From positions 3,744,001 through 3,808,000 of the forward strand of contig OZ240248.1 of assembly GCA_965198235.1 (NCBI GenBank): a DNA stretch of 64,000 nt, written 5' to 3'. Within the stretch, counting starts at the first letter, position 1. Every line of letters begins with the position of its first letter. The position numbers and the translations under genes were made by a program. Below are positions 52,986 to 62,979 of this stretch, piece by piece. Under the pieces are notes generated by a model that was not told where the DNA came from, searched no databases, and saw only the letters and a program-made list of their open reading frames with translations. Origin of the DNA: Candidatus Poribacteria bacterium (GTDB lineage: Bacteria > Poribacteria > WGA-4E > WGA-3G).

Positions 52986-53130
52986 GGTTATCAGTTTTAA
53001 CCATCAACTCGCACATTGATAAAAGTGTTAAGGCACGAGTTGATGGTTAAGGTTTTCAGTTTTCAGTTAAGAGGTTTCATTTAGAGGTTGCCTCTTGTGA
53101 CTGACGACTGTTAACTGTTAACTGTTAACT
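52986..53130. repeat. Heptamer arrays with nested 54-bp palindrome
   Basis: TTAACCATCAACTCG...CGAGTTGATGGTTAA at 52997-53050; (TTTTCAG)n and (CTGTTAA)n. Confidence 0.7.
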
Positions 53131-54221
53131 ATTTTGAGAGCTGCCTCATAGATTTGAGCATATCCACTCCGATCGGATGTGAATACAACGTGCTTGCCAT
53201 CCGGGCTGAAGGACGGGTGTGGATGTGTATGTTGTGGTGCGTAAACCTGAATCGGACCCGCAGCATACGGGAACGGTCCATTCCAATGCTCACCAATAGA
53301 TGAGGCGTTGGGATAGCATAACGTCTGCGGTTCGCCGATACCGTCACGTGGATCAAAAATTTGGATACCAATATCCGGGAAATTAGTATCTGCCACCATA
53401 AGTGTTCCAGCAGAATCGCTAATGGCATGCCATGCGTTGACCGTTGTCACTTGTCGGTCTATTCCGGTATCGACGTTGACACACCTCACACCCCGGGGCC
53501 AATCGACAAAAGCGAGTTCACGCGTTCCTGGAATCCACGTTTCATGTGTGATCCATTCGTTCTTTTCAACGTTACGGGCATAGAGGCGACGGTTTCCACT
53601 TCCGTCGCGATGGATTACCCACAGTCGATCGGTAAGGGGACCCGCATAGTAGAGCAGATTGGGATCATCGGGACAGAATTGAAGGTGTCCGATACTATCT
53701 CTCCGTAAGATGATATCGTGCCCGCCGGTGTCTGTGTCTATAATAGCGAGTGCGGATTCTTTACCGATGTTGAATCTCACAGCCCACCATCGATTATCGT
53801 GACTCAAGGCGGTAGTGCCCATAGCGGCGGCGACCATACCTTCGTCCTGCATCGCCGTTGCGGCGAAATTGACGAGTTCGCGCTCCTCAAGCGTCTCCAA
53901 ATCTACTTTCCATCCGCTTGTACCTGCTGTGAAGAAAACCGCTTTTCCATCGCGCGAGGGATGCACCGACCATTCCGAGAGGTCAGGTCTGTCTGTTAAT
54001 TGGCGAAGTTCACCCGTCGTCCGTTCTTCTGCGAATATCTGGGGTGTCCCTGTTCGGTATGAGACAAATATCAGCCGCTGCATCGCATCGTCATACGCAG
54101 GTATGATGAAGAATGGATGGTGGTGCAACGCGGACGCAGTCGTCACTTGTCGGATCTGTATTCCGGTGCATCGATCATAAAAGGTCCGTGATTCAGGGGG
54201 ATGAACTGTACCTTTCGCCAT
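53118..54221 (-). CDS. Oligogalacturonate lyase (PL22)-family beta-propeller
   Basis: GHLQFCP, THETW, HPHPSFSPDGKHVVFTSDRSG. Confidence 0.82.
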   Translation of the reverse strand: MAKGTVHPPESRTFYDRCTGIQIRQVTTASALHHHPFFIIPAYDDAMQRLIFVSYRTGTPQIFAEERTTGELRQLTDRPDLSEWSVHPSRDGKAVFFTAGTSGWKVDLETLEERELVNFAATAMQDEGMVAAAMGTTALSHDNRWWAVRFNIGKESALAIIDTDTGGHDIILRRDSIGHLQFCPDDPNLLYYAGPLTDRLWVIHRDGSGNRRLYARNVEKNEWITHETWIPGTRELAFVDWPRGVRCVNVDTGIDRQVTTVNAWHAISDSAGTLMVADTNFPDIGIQIFDPRDGIGEPQTLCYPNASSIGEHWNGPFPYAAGPIQVYAPQHTHPHPSFSPDGKHVVFTSDRSGYAQIYEAALKIVNS

Positions 54222-54312
54222 TCTTTTAATTTTCCTTGCGGTTAAACGACGTGGTCTGTCTTTGAGCGTCCTATTCTTAAATCCTGCTTCGCAGTGAGAA
54301 CCATTTCATTTC

Positions 54313-55311
54313 TTATTCCTCGAACGCGGCATCAAAGGCAACAGCAGAAGGTTCAAAGTCATAGCCCTTGACGGCACCGCACGATTCGCGTGCACCGTGT
54401 TCTCTGTCCATTCCACTGTCTTCCCACTCAATGGAGAGTGGACCGTCGTATTCCATGGTGTTGAGGGCACGAATAACTTCCTCAAAGTTAATGCTACCAC
54501 GACCGATGGAACGGAAGTCCCAATTTCTCCGGACATCTCCGAAGTTCAGATGTCCGCCGAATACACCCGATAAACGGGGTGTGTCTGCCCACCAGACATC
54601 TTTCATGTGGACGTGATAAATCCGATCACTCAGTCGTTCGAGGAATGCTACATAGTCAACGCCTTGATAGCCGAGATGGCTTGGGTCGTAGTTAAATCCG
54701 AACGCTTCTCTGCCATTGACCGCCTCGATGGCACGTTCTGCAGTAACGATGTCAAAGGCAATTTCGGTGGGATGAACTTCGAGTCCAAATTTGACACCGA
54801 CTTCATCGAAGACATCAAAGATCGGGTTCCAGCGATCGGCGAAATCTTCAAAACCGGCATCAATTTGTCCTGGGTCGTTCGGAGGGAAAGAGTACAGAAG
54901 ATGCCATATTGAGCTACCGGTGAAACCGTTGACAACACTTACGCCGAGTTTCGCGGCGGCACGTGCTGTGTTTTTCATCTCTTCGGCAGCGCGTTCCTGA
55001 ACGCCTGCGGGATCTCCATCGCCCCAGATCGCCTCTGACAAGATGCCTTGATGTCGGCTGTCAATATTATCGCAGACTGCCTGTCCAACGAGGTGATTGC
55101 TGATTGCCCAAACTTTGAGTCCGTATTTCGCGAGTAGATCGTGTCTACCTTGGCAGTAGCTATCGTCTGCGAGTGCCTTGTCAACTTCAAAATGGTCGCC
55201 CCAACAGGCGAGTTCTAAGCCATCATAGCCCCAACCACTCGCTTTTTCTGCTAATTCCTCTAATGTTAAGTCTGCCCATTGGCCTGTAAAGAGTGTTACA
55301 GGTCTTGCCAT
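54313..55311 (-). CDS. Sugar phosphate isomerase/epimerase (xylose isomerase-like TIM barrel)
   Basis: [30 protein letters not shown]. Confidence 0.9.
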   Translation of the reverse strand: MARPVTLFTGQWADLTLEELAEKASGWGYDGLELACWGDHFEVDKALADDSYCQGRHDLLAKYGLKVWAISNHLVGQAVCDNIDSRHQGILSEAIWGDGDPAGVQERAAEEMKNTARAAAKLGVSVVNGFTGSSIWHLLYSFPPNDPGQIDAGFEDFADRWNPIFDVFDEVGVKFGLEVHPTEIAFDIVTAERAIEAVNGREAFGFNYDPSHLGYQGVDYVAFLERLSDRIYHVHMKDVWWADTPRLSGVFGGHLNFGDVRRNWDFRSIGRGSINFEEVIRALNTMEYDGPLSIEWEDSGMDREHGARESCGAVKGYDFEPSAVAFDAAFEE

Positions 55312-55450
55312 AGTATGTCTCCTTTTATTGGTTATCGGAAACCATCGGCTATCGGCTATCAGTGAAAAGATGTCTAATTAATCAAACCCTCTTACCGACT
55401 GCTGATAGTAAGGGAAGCGAACGCCCTGACTGCCGATTGCCAATATAAAA

Positions 55451-56623
55451 TTACGCGGGAGGCGAATACCTCACATCGATCCACGCGCGTTGTTTACCAC
55501 TATCCACAGCAGCATTAATAAAATGCACACCACGAGCACCATCTTGAACGGTTGGAAAATCTGTGTCGAATTCAGTTGGAGCTTCGCCCGCGATTTTCGC
55601 TGTTATTGTCCGTGCGGCGTTTACATAAATATTTGCGAATGCCTCAATGAACGCTTCTGGGTGTCCGAAAGGTATCCGCGAGTTGTGCTGGACGACCTCC
55701 GACAAATAATCGTTTCCACGTTTGTAAACCTGTTCGGGACCATCGGGGAAGCGAACATAGAGATAGTTCGGATTCTCCTGTTGCCATTCCAGCGATGCAT
55801 CAGTCCCATAGACACGGATACGCAGATTGTTCTCTTCGCCTACCGAGATTTGTGACGCATAAAGTACTCCACGGACTCCGTTTTCATAATGCACGAGTAG
55901 GTTTCCATCGTCTTCTAACAAGCGTCCCTCTACAAAAGTCGTCATATCCGCACAGATTTCTTCGATGTCGAGTCCTGTGATATAGTGTGCCAAGTTCTCT
56001 GCGTGGGAACCGATGTCCCCGATACATGAGGAAGCCCCGGCTTGATTCGGATCGGTACGCCAGACGGCTTGTTTCGCGCCTTCGTTCTCTAAAAATGTGG
56101 CGAGCCAGCCTTGCGGGTATTCGACGACGATTTTACGGAGTGTTCCGAGTTTCCCCTCTTTCACGAGTTCACGTGCCTGCTTCACCATCGGATAGCCTGT
56201 GTAGTTGTGTGTGAGCGCGAAAACGACATCGTGTTCTTTGACGAGTTGACATAGTGTCTCAGCATCAGCGACCGTTGTTGTCATCGGCTTATCACAGACG
56301 ACGTGAAATCCTGCTTCAATAAAGGTTTTGGCGATATCGAAATGGACGTGGTTCGGTGTCACGATTGAGACGAAATCAATGCGTTCGCCATCGGGAAGTT
56401 GGCTCTCTTTCTCTGCCATTTCTTGATAAGACCCGTAGACCCGGTTTGCGTCAAGGAAGAGTTCAGCACCCTGTTGTCGGGATTTTTCGGGTGATGATGA
56501 GAACGCGCCAGCAACGAGTTCTATTTCTCCGTCAAGTGCTGCGGCTTTCCGATGGACGGCACCGATGAACGCATCCGGTCCACCACCTACCATGCCGTAA
56601 CGGGCTTTCCTGTTCAGTGGCAT
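55451..56623 (-). CDS. Gfo/Idh/MocA oxidoreductase
   Basis: [28 protein letters not shown]. Confidence 0.9.
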   Translation of the reverse strand: MPLNRKARYGMVGGGPDAFIGAVHRKAAALDGEIELVAGAFSSSPEKSRQQGAELFLDANRVYGSYQEMAEKESQLPDGERIDFVSIVTPNHVHFDIAKTFIEAGFHVVCDKPMTTTVADAETLCQLVKEHDVVFALTHNYTGYPMVKQARELVKEGKLGTLRKIVVEYPQGWLATFLENEGAKQAVWRTDPNQAGASSCIGDIGSHAENLAHYITGLDIEEICADMTTFVEGRLLEDDGNLLVHYENGVRGVLYASQISVGEENNLRIRVYGTDASLEWQQENPNYLYVRFPDGPEQVYKRGNDYLSEVVQHNSRIPFGHPEAFIEAFANIYVNAARTITAKIAGEAPTEFDTDFPTVQDGARGVHFINAAVDSGKQRAWIDVRYSPPA

Positions 56624-57261
56624 CTTGCGTGTTTTCTCCTTTGCTTTGTAATCTGGGCTTGCAAGTTTCGCCCTATGAGGATATGTTGATTCCAAGATAC
56701 ATTATCTCATATTTTATGATTTTTTTCAAGTTTTTTGCAGCGTCATTCAGTTCTCCTGTAGAAAGGATCTCCGCGTCCGGCCCTCCTGATCACAATTTCG
56801 TTTAACTTTTCCTGGAAATCTGTTATCATTCTCACAATCGTTTACGAGGGTTCGGGTAGTAGTGCTTTGTCACGTCAACATTGAAGTATAGACATCGCGA
56901 GCATGGGGGAAATCCGAAGAAGCACCCAAGCAATACGCAGAAACACCCTATCAAAAACACCCCAAGCAAAAACACTCGCTCCTACAGGTAGAGGTTAGGG
57001 GCTTGTGCCACCTACCCCATCATTTCAAGCTTGACAAAGCAGTAGGTTGGGTTGAACGGACTGAACTAAAACGTTAGCCTCGCCAAAAAACCGGGGGTTC
57101 GTGCTATACACCCACCATCACAGAGATACCGAGTGAAACCCAACGTTCTACCAAAAACGTTGAATAAATAGAAAACCCCAAAATCCGCGCAATCCGCGAT
57201 TCAGACGATGAACAACAGACAACCGACAACCCATCACAACACACAGGAGACAAAAGACCAG

Positions 57262-59235
57262 ATGAACCCTTTCAAAAAGAAGCATCGGGATTACAAATCC
57301 CTCCTACAGGGCGCGCAGATTCTCGTGACGCTTGCGGTGGCGATAGGCATGTTGTTCAGCATCACCCCCGAAGTAGATGGATTTATGGCGTTTGACCATC
57401 AGTCTCAACTTCCAGAGCATATGAGGAGAAAATTCAACAACCTCATCCGTCGGGTGCATAAGGATCAGTGGGTGATTGGCTATGCATACGCCGATCCTGA
57501 ATGGGGTGAACCTGCCGGGGTCTGCCCACCGGAGGCAAGACACAACGGCGCGGCGATTGAGGCAGCCATCACCGATGCCTTGCGCGCCTGGTTGCAGCCT
57601 GTCAAGGACTTGAACACCGGCAAACCCGTCGTCGATGACTTTCGCTATGTCCCGAACTTCGATGTGAGTAATGTGCCTGAGCTTAAGTTGTATGACCTGC
57701 GAATCGTTTTCTTCTGCGACGTTGACAAATCACGCGCATTGACAGGGTCAAGAGAGGCACATCCGCCACAGATCCACATGCACCGAGGCACAGATGTGGA
57801 CGAACGTTTCGAGTTTACCCTCCTGCACGAGATCGGTCATTCCTTCGGTTTACTGGATACCTATCGGAGACAGGAACTTACGCTCGAAGAACTCAGAGTC
57901 AGCAGGGGTGGCTTGCTTGCAACCATCGGACACCAACCCTCTTCGGTGATGTCCGGGCTGTACATCTCTCGCCCCGGTCCCAGACGCATCGCTCAGGACG
58001 ACGCAAACGGTATCGTTTGGCTCTATAAGTTCTATCACGAAAATCTGCCACTTGAAGATTGTATCTTCCCCGACTACGAGTTGGAGACATCTCCCGATGG
58101 GTGTCGTCCGAAGTCTCCACTCATCTTTGAAATCAAACATGGCCCTGATGAGCGCTTTGCGATCCAAGTTATTGAGCAGGATAGAAACACGGATGTCAAT
58201 GCCAAGGACGAAACGGGGTCAACGGCACTCCACCATGCGTTAGAAAAAGGGTATTCACGGCTGCTGGAGAAACTCTTGGTGCATTCAGACCTTGATGTGA
58301 ATGCGAGGAATGCCGAGGGAAGCACGGCACTGTTCTGGGCGGCAAAACGCGGGTCTTACGGTGTGACAGAGCGACTTCTGAAGCACAGGAAGATTGACGT
58401 GAACATCAGAAACACTGCTGGCACGACACCCCTGAAGGCAGCCGCAGCAGAAGAAAACGATCGCATCGTAGAGTTGCTTTTAGAACAGGAGCCCCGTGAA
58501 TCGGATTGGACAGGGGTTGATAAAACCGCTCCCGCACATCAGCGCTCGGTGTTTTACCTACTCCACGATCCGCGTCCATTGATTTTCCATGCGGGGTATC
58601 TGGGAACAGTCCTCGGGGGAGATGCGTTGTTCATTACACAGAAACGGGAAGACGCTTCCATAGAAAGTTATCTCAGCAAAGGAGACTTCACACTCGTGAG
58701 TCATTCGGGTGTCGTTGCGGAGAGTATCAAGATTCGGGAAATCGCATCGTTTCCCGGTGCGGACGGTGAAACAGGCAGCGTGCTTCTGGCAATCAGAGAC
58801 GTAGATCTCTCAGCGTATGAACCGTTACTGGTCTCAACAGACCCCATTCTCACAGAAACGGATGTCGAACTGCTGACGTATAAGTTTGGGTCGGGTATTG
58901 CGTTGAAAGGGAATGACAAAGATAACGCATTGAATCTTCCACTTCAGGTGCGTGCGTGTGTCTCGGTGCCGCATGTCGGGTTGGGTGCCAAAGGTTTATG
59001 GCAGCATACGTGTGGGCCTCCCAACAGCGTTGCGTCGGGGGCATTGCTATTCGATGAGAAGGACGGGATACTCATCGGTTTCTATACCGAACAGGAGGTC
59101 GAGGAGATTCTTGGAGACGGGCTTCCGCTTGCCAACAGTGTGTCTGAGGCGTTGATACGGCTTGTCGACGCCAAGCCGGTAAGTCCGAAAAACAGATTGA
59201 CGACGACATGGGCGGAAATCAAACAGGAGGACTGA
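57262..59235 (+). CDS. Exported metzincin-like zinc metalloprotease with ankyrin repeats and conserved C-terminal tail
   Basis: HEIGHSFGLLD, SSVMS Met-turn, three ankyrin repeats (GSTALH, GSTALF, GTTPL), tail PVSPKNRLTTTWAEIK. Confidence 0.82.
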   Translation: MNPFKKKHRDYKSLLQGAQILVTLAVAIGMLFSITPEVDGFMAFDHQSQLPEHMRRKFNNLIRRVHKDQWVIGYAYADPEWGEPAGVCPPEARHNGAAIEAAITDALRAWLQPVKDLNTGKPVVDDFRYVPNFDVSNVPELKLYDLRIVFFCDVDKSRALTGSREAHPPQIHMHRGTDVDERFEFTLLHEIGHSFGLLDTYRRQELTLEELRVSRGGLLATIGHQPSSVMSGLYISRPGPRRIAQDDANGIVWLYKFYHENLPLEDCIFPDYELETSPDGCRPKSPLIFEIKHGPDERFAIQVIEQDRNTDVNAKDETGSTALHHALEKGYSRLLEKLLVHSDLDVNARNAEGSTALFWAAKRGSYGVTERLLKHRKIDVNIRNTAGTTPLKAAAAEENDRIVELLLEQEPRESDWTGVDKTAPAHQRSVFYLLHDPRPLIFHAGYLGTVLGGDALFITQKREDASIESYLSKGDFTLVSHSGVVAESIKIREIASFPGADGETGSVLLAIRDVDLSAYEPLLVSTDPILTETDVELLTYKFGSGIALKGNDKDNALNLPLQVRACVSVPHVGLGAKGLWQHTCGPPNSVASGALLFDEKDGILIGFYTEQEVEEILGDGLPLANSVSEALIRLVDAKPVSPKNRLTTTWAEIKQED

Positions 59236-59496
59236 ATGCTATTATAACGCAAGTTGCTACCTATTTATAGACATAGCACCCCTAATGAAGATTAAGAATT
59301 TAATCGGGTAATTTTTACCGATGCCCGGTGCGGTTAGGAAACTGCACCTACCGGGCCTGGTTCCCCAAAATCCTCCTAAAGAACGGAAAACTAAATAGCC
59401 ATAGATTTTCCTACATACATCTTCTGGATTTGTGATATACTATTGCAGAAATCGAAAGTGTTTTGCTGTTTGTAGTGCTATTTGGAGGAGATTTGC

Positions 59497-60465
59497 ATGA
59501 GTACAGAAAGAAAATGGGATGATTCAATTGTCCGTTATCCAGACCCGGCGATTGAGGTGCTGGACCCGCGTTTTGGAAAGTATACGATCGGTAATTCTGT
59601 TGTCGAGCGGTTATGGACAGGGTCGCGCTGGGCAGAAGGACCCGTCTGGTTCGGCGATGGCGGTTATCTGCTCTGGAGCGATATTCCAAACAACCGGATC
59701 CTGAAATGGGAGGAATCCACCGGCGAAGTGAGCGTCTACCGTAAACCGTCCAATTATAGCAATGGACATACCCGCGATCGGCAGGGAAGACTCATCAGTT
59801 GTGAACACGGGGCACGGTGTGTCACGCGAACCGAATATGACGGAACGATTACCGTGTTGATGGACAGTTATGATGGGAAGCCTCTCAATGCTCCAAACGA
59901 TGTCGCTGTCCACCCCGATGGGCATGTCTGGTTTACCGATCCCGGATACGGTATTATGCTCAACTATGAAGGACACATAGCCGAATTTGAATTGCCGACC
60001 TGCGTGTATCGTCTCAACCCGGATACCGGCGCAGCAACCATCGTGATAGATGAACTCGAAAAACCGAACGGTATCTGCTTTTCACCCGATTATGAGAAGC
60101 TCTATCTCGTGGATACTGGGGTTACGCATAAAGAGGGGACACCGCGGCATCTCTTCGTCTACGACGTAATAGACGGCGATCGGCTCGGTAAACAGGAGGT
60201 GTTCTGCGATACGGCTCCCGGTATTGCTGACGGTATTCGGTGTGATGTTGATGGAAACCTGTGGGCAAGTGCGGGTTGGGTTGGCGACGGATACGATGGG
60301 GTGCATGTCTTCGCCCCAGACGGAACACGTATCGGACAAATTCACCTCCCAGAAATTTGTGCAAACCTCTGCTTCGGTGGTGTGAAAAGGAACAGGCTCT
60401 TTATGGCAGGCAGTCAATCTCTTTATTCAGTTTATGTAGAAGCGCAAGGGGTGCCGCTTTTTTAG
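59497..60465 (+). CDS. SMP-30/gluconolactonase family protein
   Basis: AEGPVW, PNDV, FTDPGYG, PNGICFSPD, DGIRCD. Confidence 0.92.
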   Translation: MSTERKWDDSIVRYPDPAIEVLDPRFGKYTIGNSVVERLWTGSRWAEGPVWFGDGGYLLWSDIPNNRILKWEESTGEVSVYRKPSNYSNGHTRDRQGRLISCEHGARCVTRTEYDGTITVLMDSYDGKPLNAPNDVAVHPDGHVWFTDPGYGIMLNYEGHIAEFELPTCVYRLNPDTGAATIVIDELEKPNGICFSPDYEKLYLVDTGVTHKEGTPRHLFVYDVIDGDRLGKQEVFCDTAPGIADGIRCDVDGNLWASAGWVGDGYDGVHVFAPDGTRIGQIHLPEICANLCFGGVKRNRLFMAGSQSLYSVYVEAQGVPLF

Positions 60466-60567
60466 TCGGGATTACAAATCGCTTTTACGCTTCTGCGGAG
60501 ACAAAAGGATCCCCAACGGTTTCCTATGCTACGGGACACACAGGCTAACAGCCTATGCTACAAAAGA

Positions 60568-61386
60568 ATGAACATGGAGACTCTCGAACATATCAACTGC
60601 CCAATTTGTGAACGGGATGAAACGGAAGAACTTTTCAATAAGGACACCTTATCGGTGGTCGTCTGCAAGCCGTGCCTGTTGCGCTATGTAAATCCGAGAA
60701 TCAATCGTCAGACGCTTGAGGATGGGTATGTTGAGACTTACTATCCGCCGGATAAAGTAGAACGCATCCGGACGGATAGCATGGAATGGTTGCAGATGAC
60801 GGAGCGTCTGGCTGAATTGGAGAAACAGCATCAGCGTAAGGGAAGGCTCTTAGATGTTGGGTGTGGTATTGGGACGTTTCTCCATCTCGCGCGCGAACAG
60901 GGTTGGGAATCCCACGGCGTTGATCCGTCCAAGAGTGGGAGTGCTTTTGCACAAGAGGTCCATCAATTGGATGTAAAGTGCGGAGATGTCTTTGAAGCCG
61001 GGTTTCCATCTGCCCACTTCGATGCGATTACACTCTACCATGTGTTAGAGCATATCTCGGAATTAAATCCCTTCCTCAGCGAGTTACGCCGAATGCTGAA
61101 GCCTCAGACGGGGACCCTTGTCATTGAAGTGCCGAACGGTGAGAGTTTGCAGAGCCGTCTCCAGAAAGCGGAGTGGCCCTATGTCCACCCGCGCGATCAT
61201 CTCTACTATTTTTCTGCGCGTTCCTTACCAAAATTACTTCGGAAGCACGGTTTTCAGAACATTACATTGGGGAAACCGCGGCGCGTTAACCCGATAACTG
61301 GGATCGGTTTCGCACTTCGTCAAACTGCGACTGCTGCCTTAGTTCGGTTCCATTTAGGTACAGTGATTCGAGTGTATGCGAGTTAG
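60568..61386 (+). CDS. Class I SAM-dependent methyltransferase with N-terminal Zn-ribbon
   Basis: CPIC...CKPC, LLDVGCGIG, HVLEH, EVPN. Confidence 0.88.
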   Translation: MNMETLEHINCPICERDETEELFNKDTLSVVVCKPCLLRYVNPRINRQTLEDGYVETYYPPDKVERIRTDSMEWLQMTERLAELEKQHQRKGRLLDVGCGIGTFLHLAREQGWESHGVDPSKSGSAFAQEVHQLDVKCGDVFEAGFPSAHFDAITLYHVLEHISELNPFLSELRRMLKPQTGTLVIEVPNGESLQSRLQKAEWPYVHPRDHLYYFSARSLPKLLRKHGFQNITLGKPRRVNPITGIGFALRQTATAALVRFHLGTVIRVYAS

Positions 61387-61517
61387 TCAGTATGCGTTAC
61401 GATATCGAGCAAGAGTAGCCCTTAAAAAACTGTAATAGGTGCTTTGAACCCTCAGAAAGCCTGTGAAATTAACCAAAAACCGCGATGGACAACAGGCATG
61501 GCGACCAGACTTAATAG

Positions 61518-62003
61518 TTAAAAAAACGATCTCGGTACTTGATAAGAGAATGTTTGAATGACCTCATTCATGAGTAGCCGTTGTGCAATAGTCTCAAGCA
61601 CTTTCGTATTCAGGGTACCAGTGAACCAATATTTATGTCCCGTGCGAACGGTAGTGACACCCGCGATACCTAAATCGGTGATACCTTTGATGGTGCTATC
61701 ACCGACTGCATCCGTAACACCGGGCTTGAATTGCACTTCAAGTGTCCAATCTATCTCGGTACCATTTTCGGTTCCAAAGGCGTAAGCTTGTGTGATAGGA
61801 TCAGCGAGGAGTTCAGTGCCGATTCGGTCAATAGTTTCTGCGTCGAGGGTTCCTTCGATCCAGTAGACTGTGGCTGTGCGCACAGAATCAATACCATTAA
61901 TACCGAGGTCAGCTATATCCTCAAGGATACCTTGTCCAACGGTATCGGGGACTTCAGGTTTATAATAAACTTCAACTTTCCAGTTTTTCATATTTTTAAT
62001 CAT
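61518..62003 (-). CDS. purS: Tandem (double-domain) PurS, FGAM synthase subunit
   Basis: Two repeats: KPEVPDTVG...LLADPITQ and KPGVTDAVG...LLMNEVIQ. Confidence 0.78.
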   Translation of the reverse strand: MIKNMKNWKVEVYYKPEVPDTVGQGILEDIADLGINGIDSVRTATVYWIEGTLDAETIDRIGTELLADPITQAYAFGTENGTEIDWTLEVQFKPGVTDAVGDSTIKGITDLGIAGVTTVRTGHKYWFTGTLNTKVLETIAQRLLMNEVIQTFSYQVPRSFF

Positions 62004-62135
62004 GGGCCTATCTGAACACTTTTTCTCCGTTGTCGAAAAAGTGGTTTTAGGTTAAGTTAGGAATGTTCCTTAACCGAAGATCGTCAAGGACAACGGACTT
62101 GACGATCAGAAGCAATAGTTAAAAAGTGGTAAAAA

Positions 62136-62960
62136 ATGTCAAAAAAACAGATAAACGTCTTGGTTTTCGGTGCACATCCCGATGATTGTGATATTAAAGC
62201 GGGAGGTGTCGCTGCCTTGTATGCGCAACAGGGACATCGCGTTAAATTTGTCTCTGTTACGAACGGCGATGCCGGGCATCATGAAATGGGTGGCGGTCCT
62301 TTGGCGCAGCGGCGAAATGAAGAAGCGCAAGCCGCCGCCGAAGTCGTCGGTATTGAATATGAATTATTGGACAATCACGATGGCGAACTTATGCCGACAT
62401 TAGAAAACCGATATAAGATTATTCGTACGATTCGTGAATTCCGTCCAGATTTAATAATGACCCACCGTCCGAACGATTATCATCCTGACCATCGGTATAC
62501 GTCAACCTTAGTGCAGGACGCTGCATACATGGTTACTGTGCCGACCATCTGTGCTCTCACACCGCATTTGGATAAAAATCCGGTTATCGCTTATTTGAGT
62601 GATGGTTTCATGAAGCCCTATCCGTTCACGCCGGATGTCGTTGTTGGCATTGATGCTGTCGTTGAACAGAAGATTGATATGCTCCACTGTCACGTATCGC
62701 AGTTTTACGAGTGGCTTCCTTACAACAGCGGCACGTTAGATACCGTCCCTGCTGGTGCATCGGAACGGCATGCATGGCTTGCTGAACGCTTGTTAAATCG
62801 TTTCCAAGATGTCGCCGAAAAGCATCGAGATTTGCTAATAGCACGCTACGGCGAAGAAACGGGAGCACAGATCAAATATGCTGAGGCATTCGAAGGGTGC
62901 GAGTACGGTTCCGCACTAACCGCAGAAAATATACCGACCCTCTTTCCATTTTTCAAGTAA
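62136..62960 (+). CDS. PIG-L/LmbE family deacetylase
   Basis: GAHPDD, TNGDAG, DYHPDH. Confidence 0.9.
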   Translation: MSKKQINVLVFGAHPDDCDIKAGGVAALYAQQGHRVKFVSVTNGDAGHHEMGGGPLAQRRNEEAQAAAEVVGIEYELLDNHDGELMPTLENRYKIIRTIREFRPDLIMTHRPNDYHPDHRYTSTLVQDAAYMVTVPTICALTPHLDKNPVIAYLSDGFMKPYPFTPDVVVGIDAVVEQKIDMLHCHVSQFYEWLPYNSGTLDTVPAGASERHAWLAERLLNRFQDVAEKHRDLLIARYGEETGAQIKYAEAFEGCEYGSALTAENIPTLFPFFK

Positions 62961-62979
62961 GGAGTTTTGTTTTAACGAT

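Noticed and set aside
62047-62061. TTAGGTTAAGTTAGG as a second DtxR box
   Set aside because: Only a half-site; lacks the CCTAA arm
872-62868. Numerous 60-210 aa ORFs overlapping the called genes
   Set aside because: Alternate-frame or antisense shadows without motifs or independent translation signals
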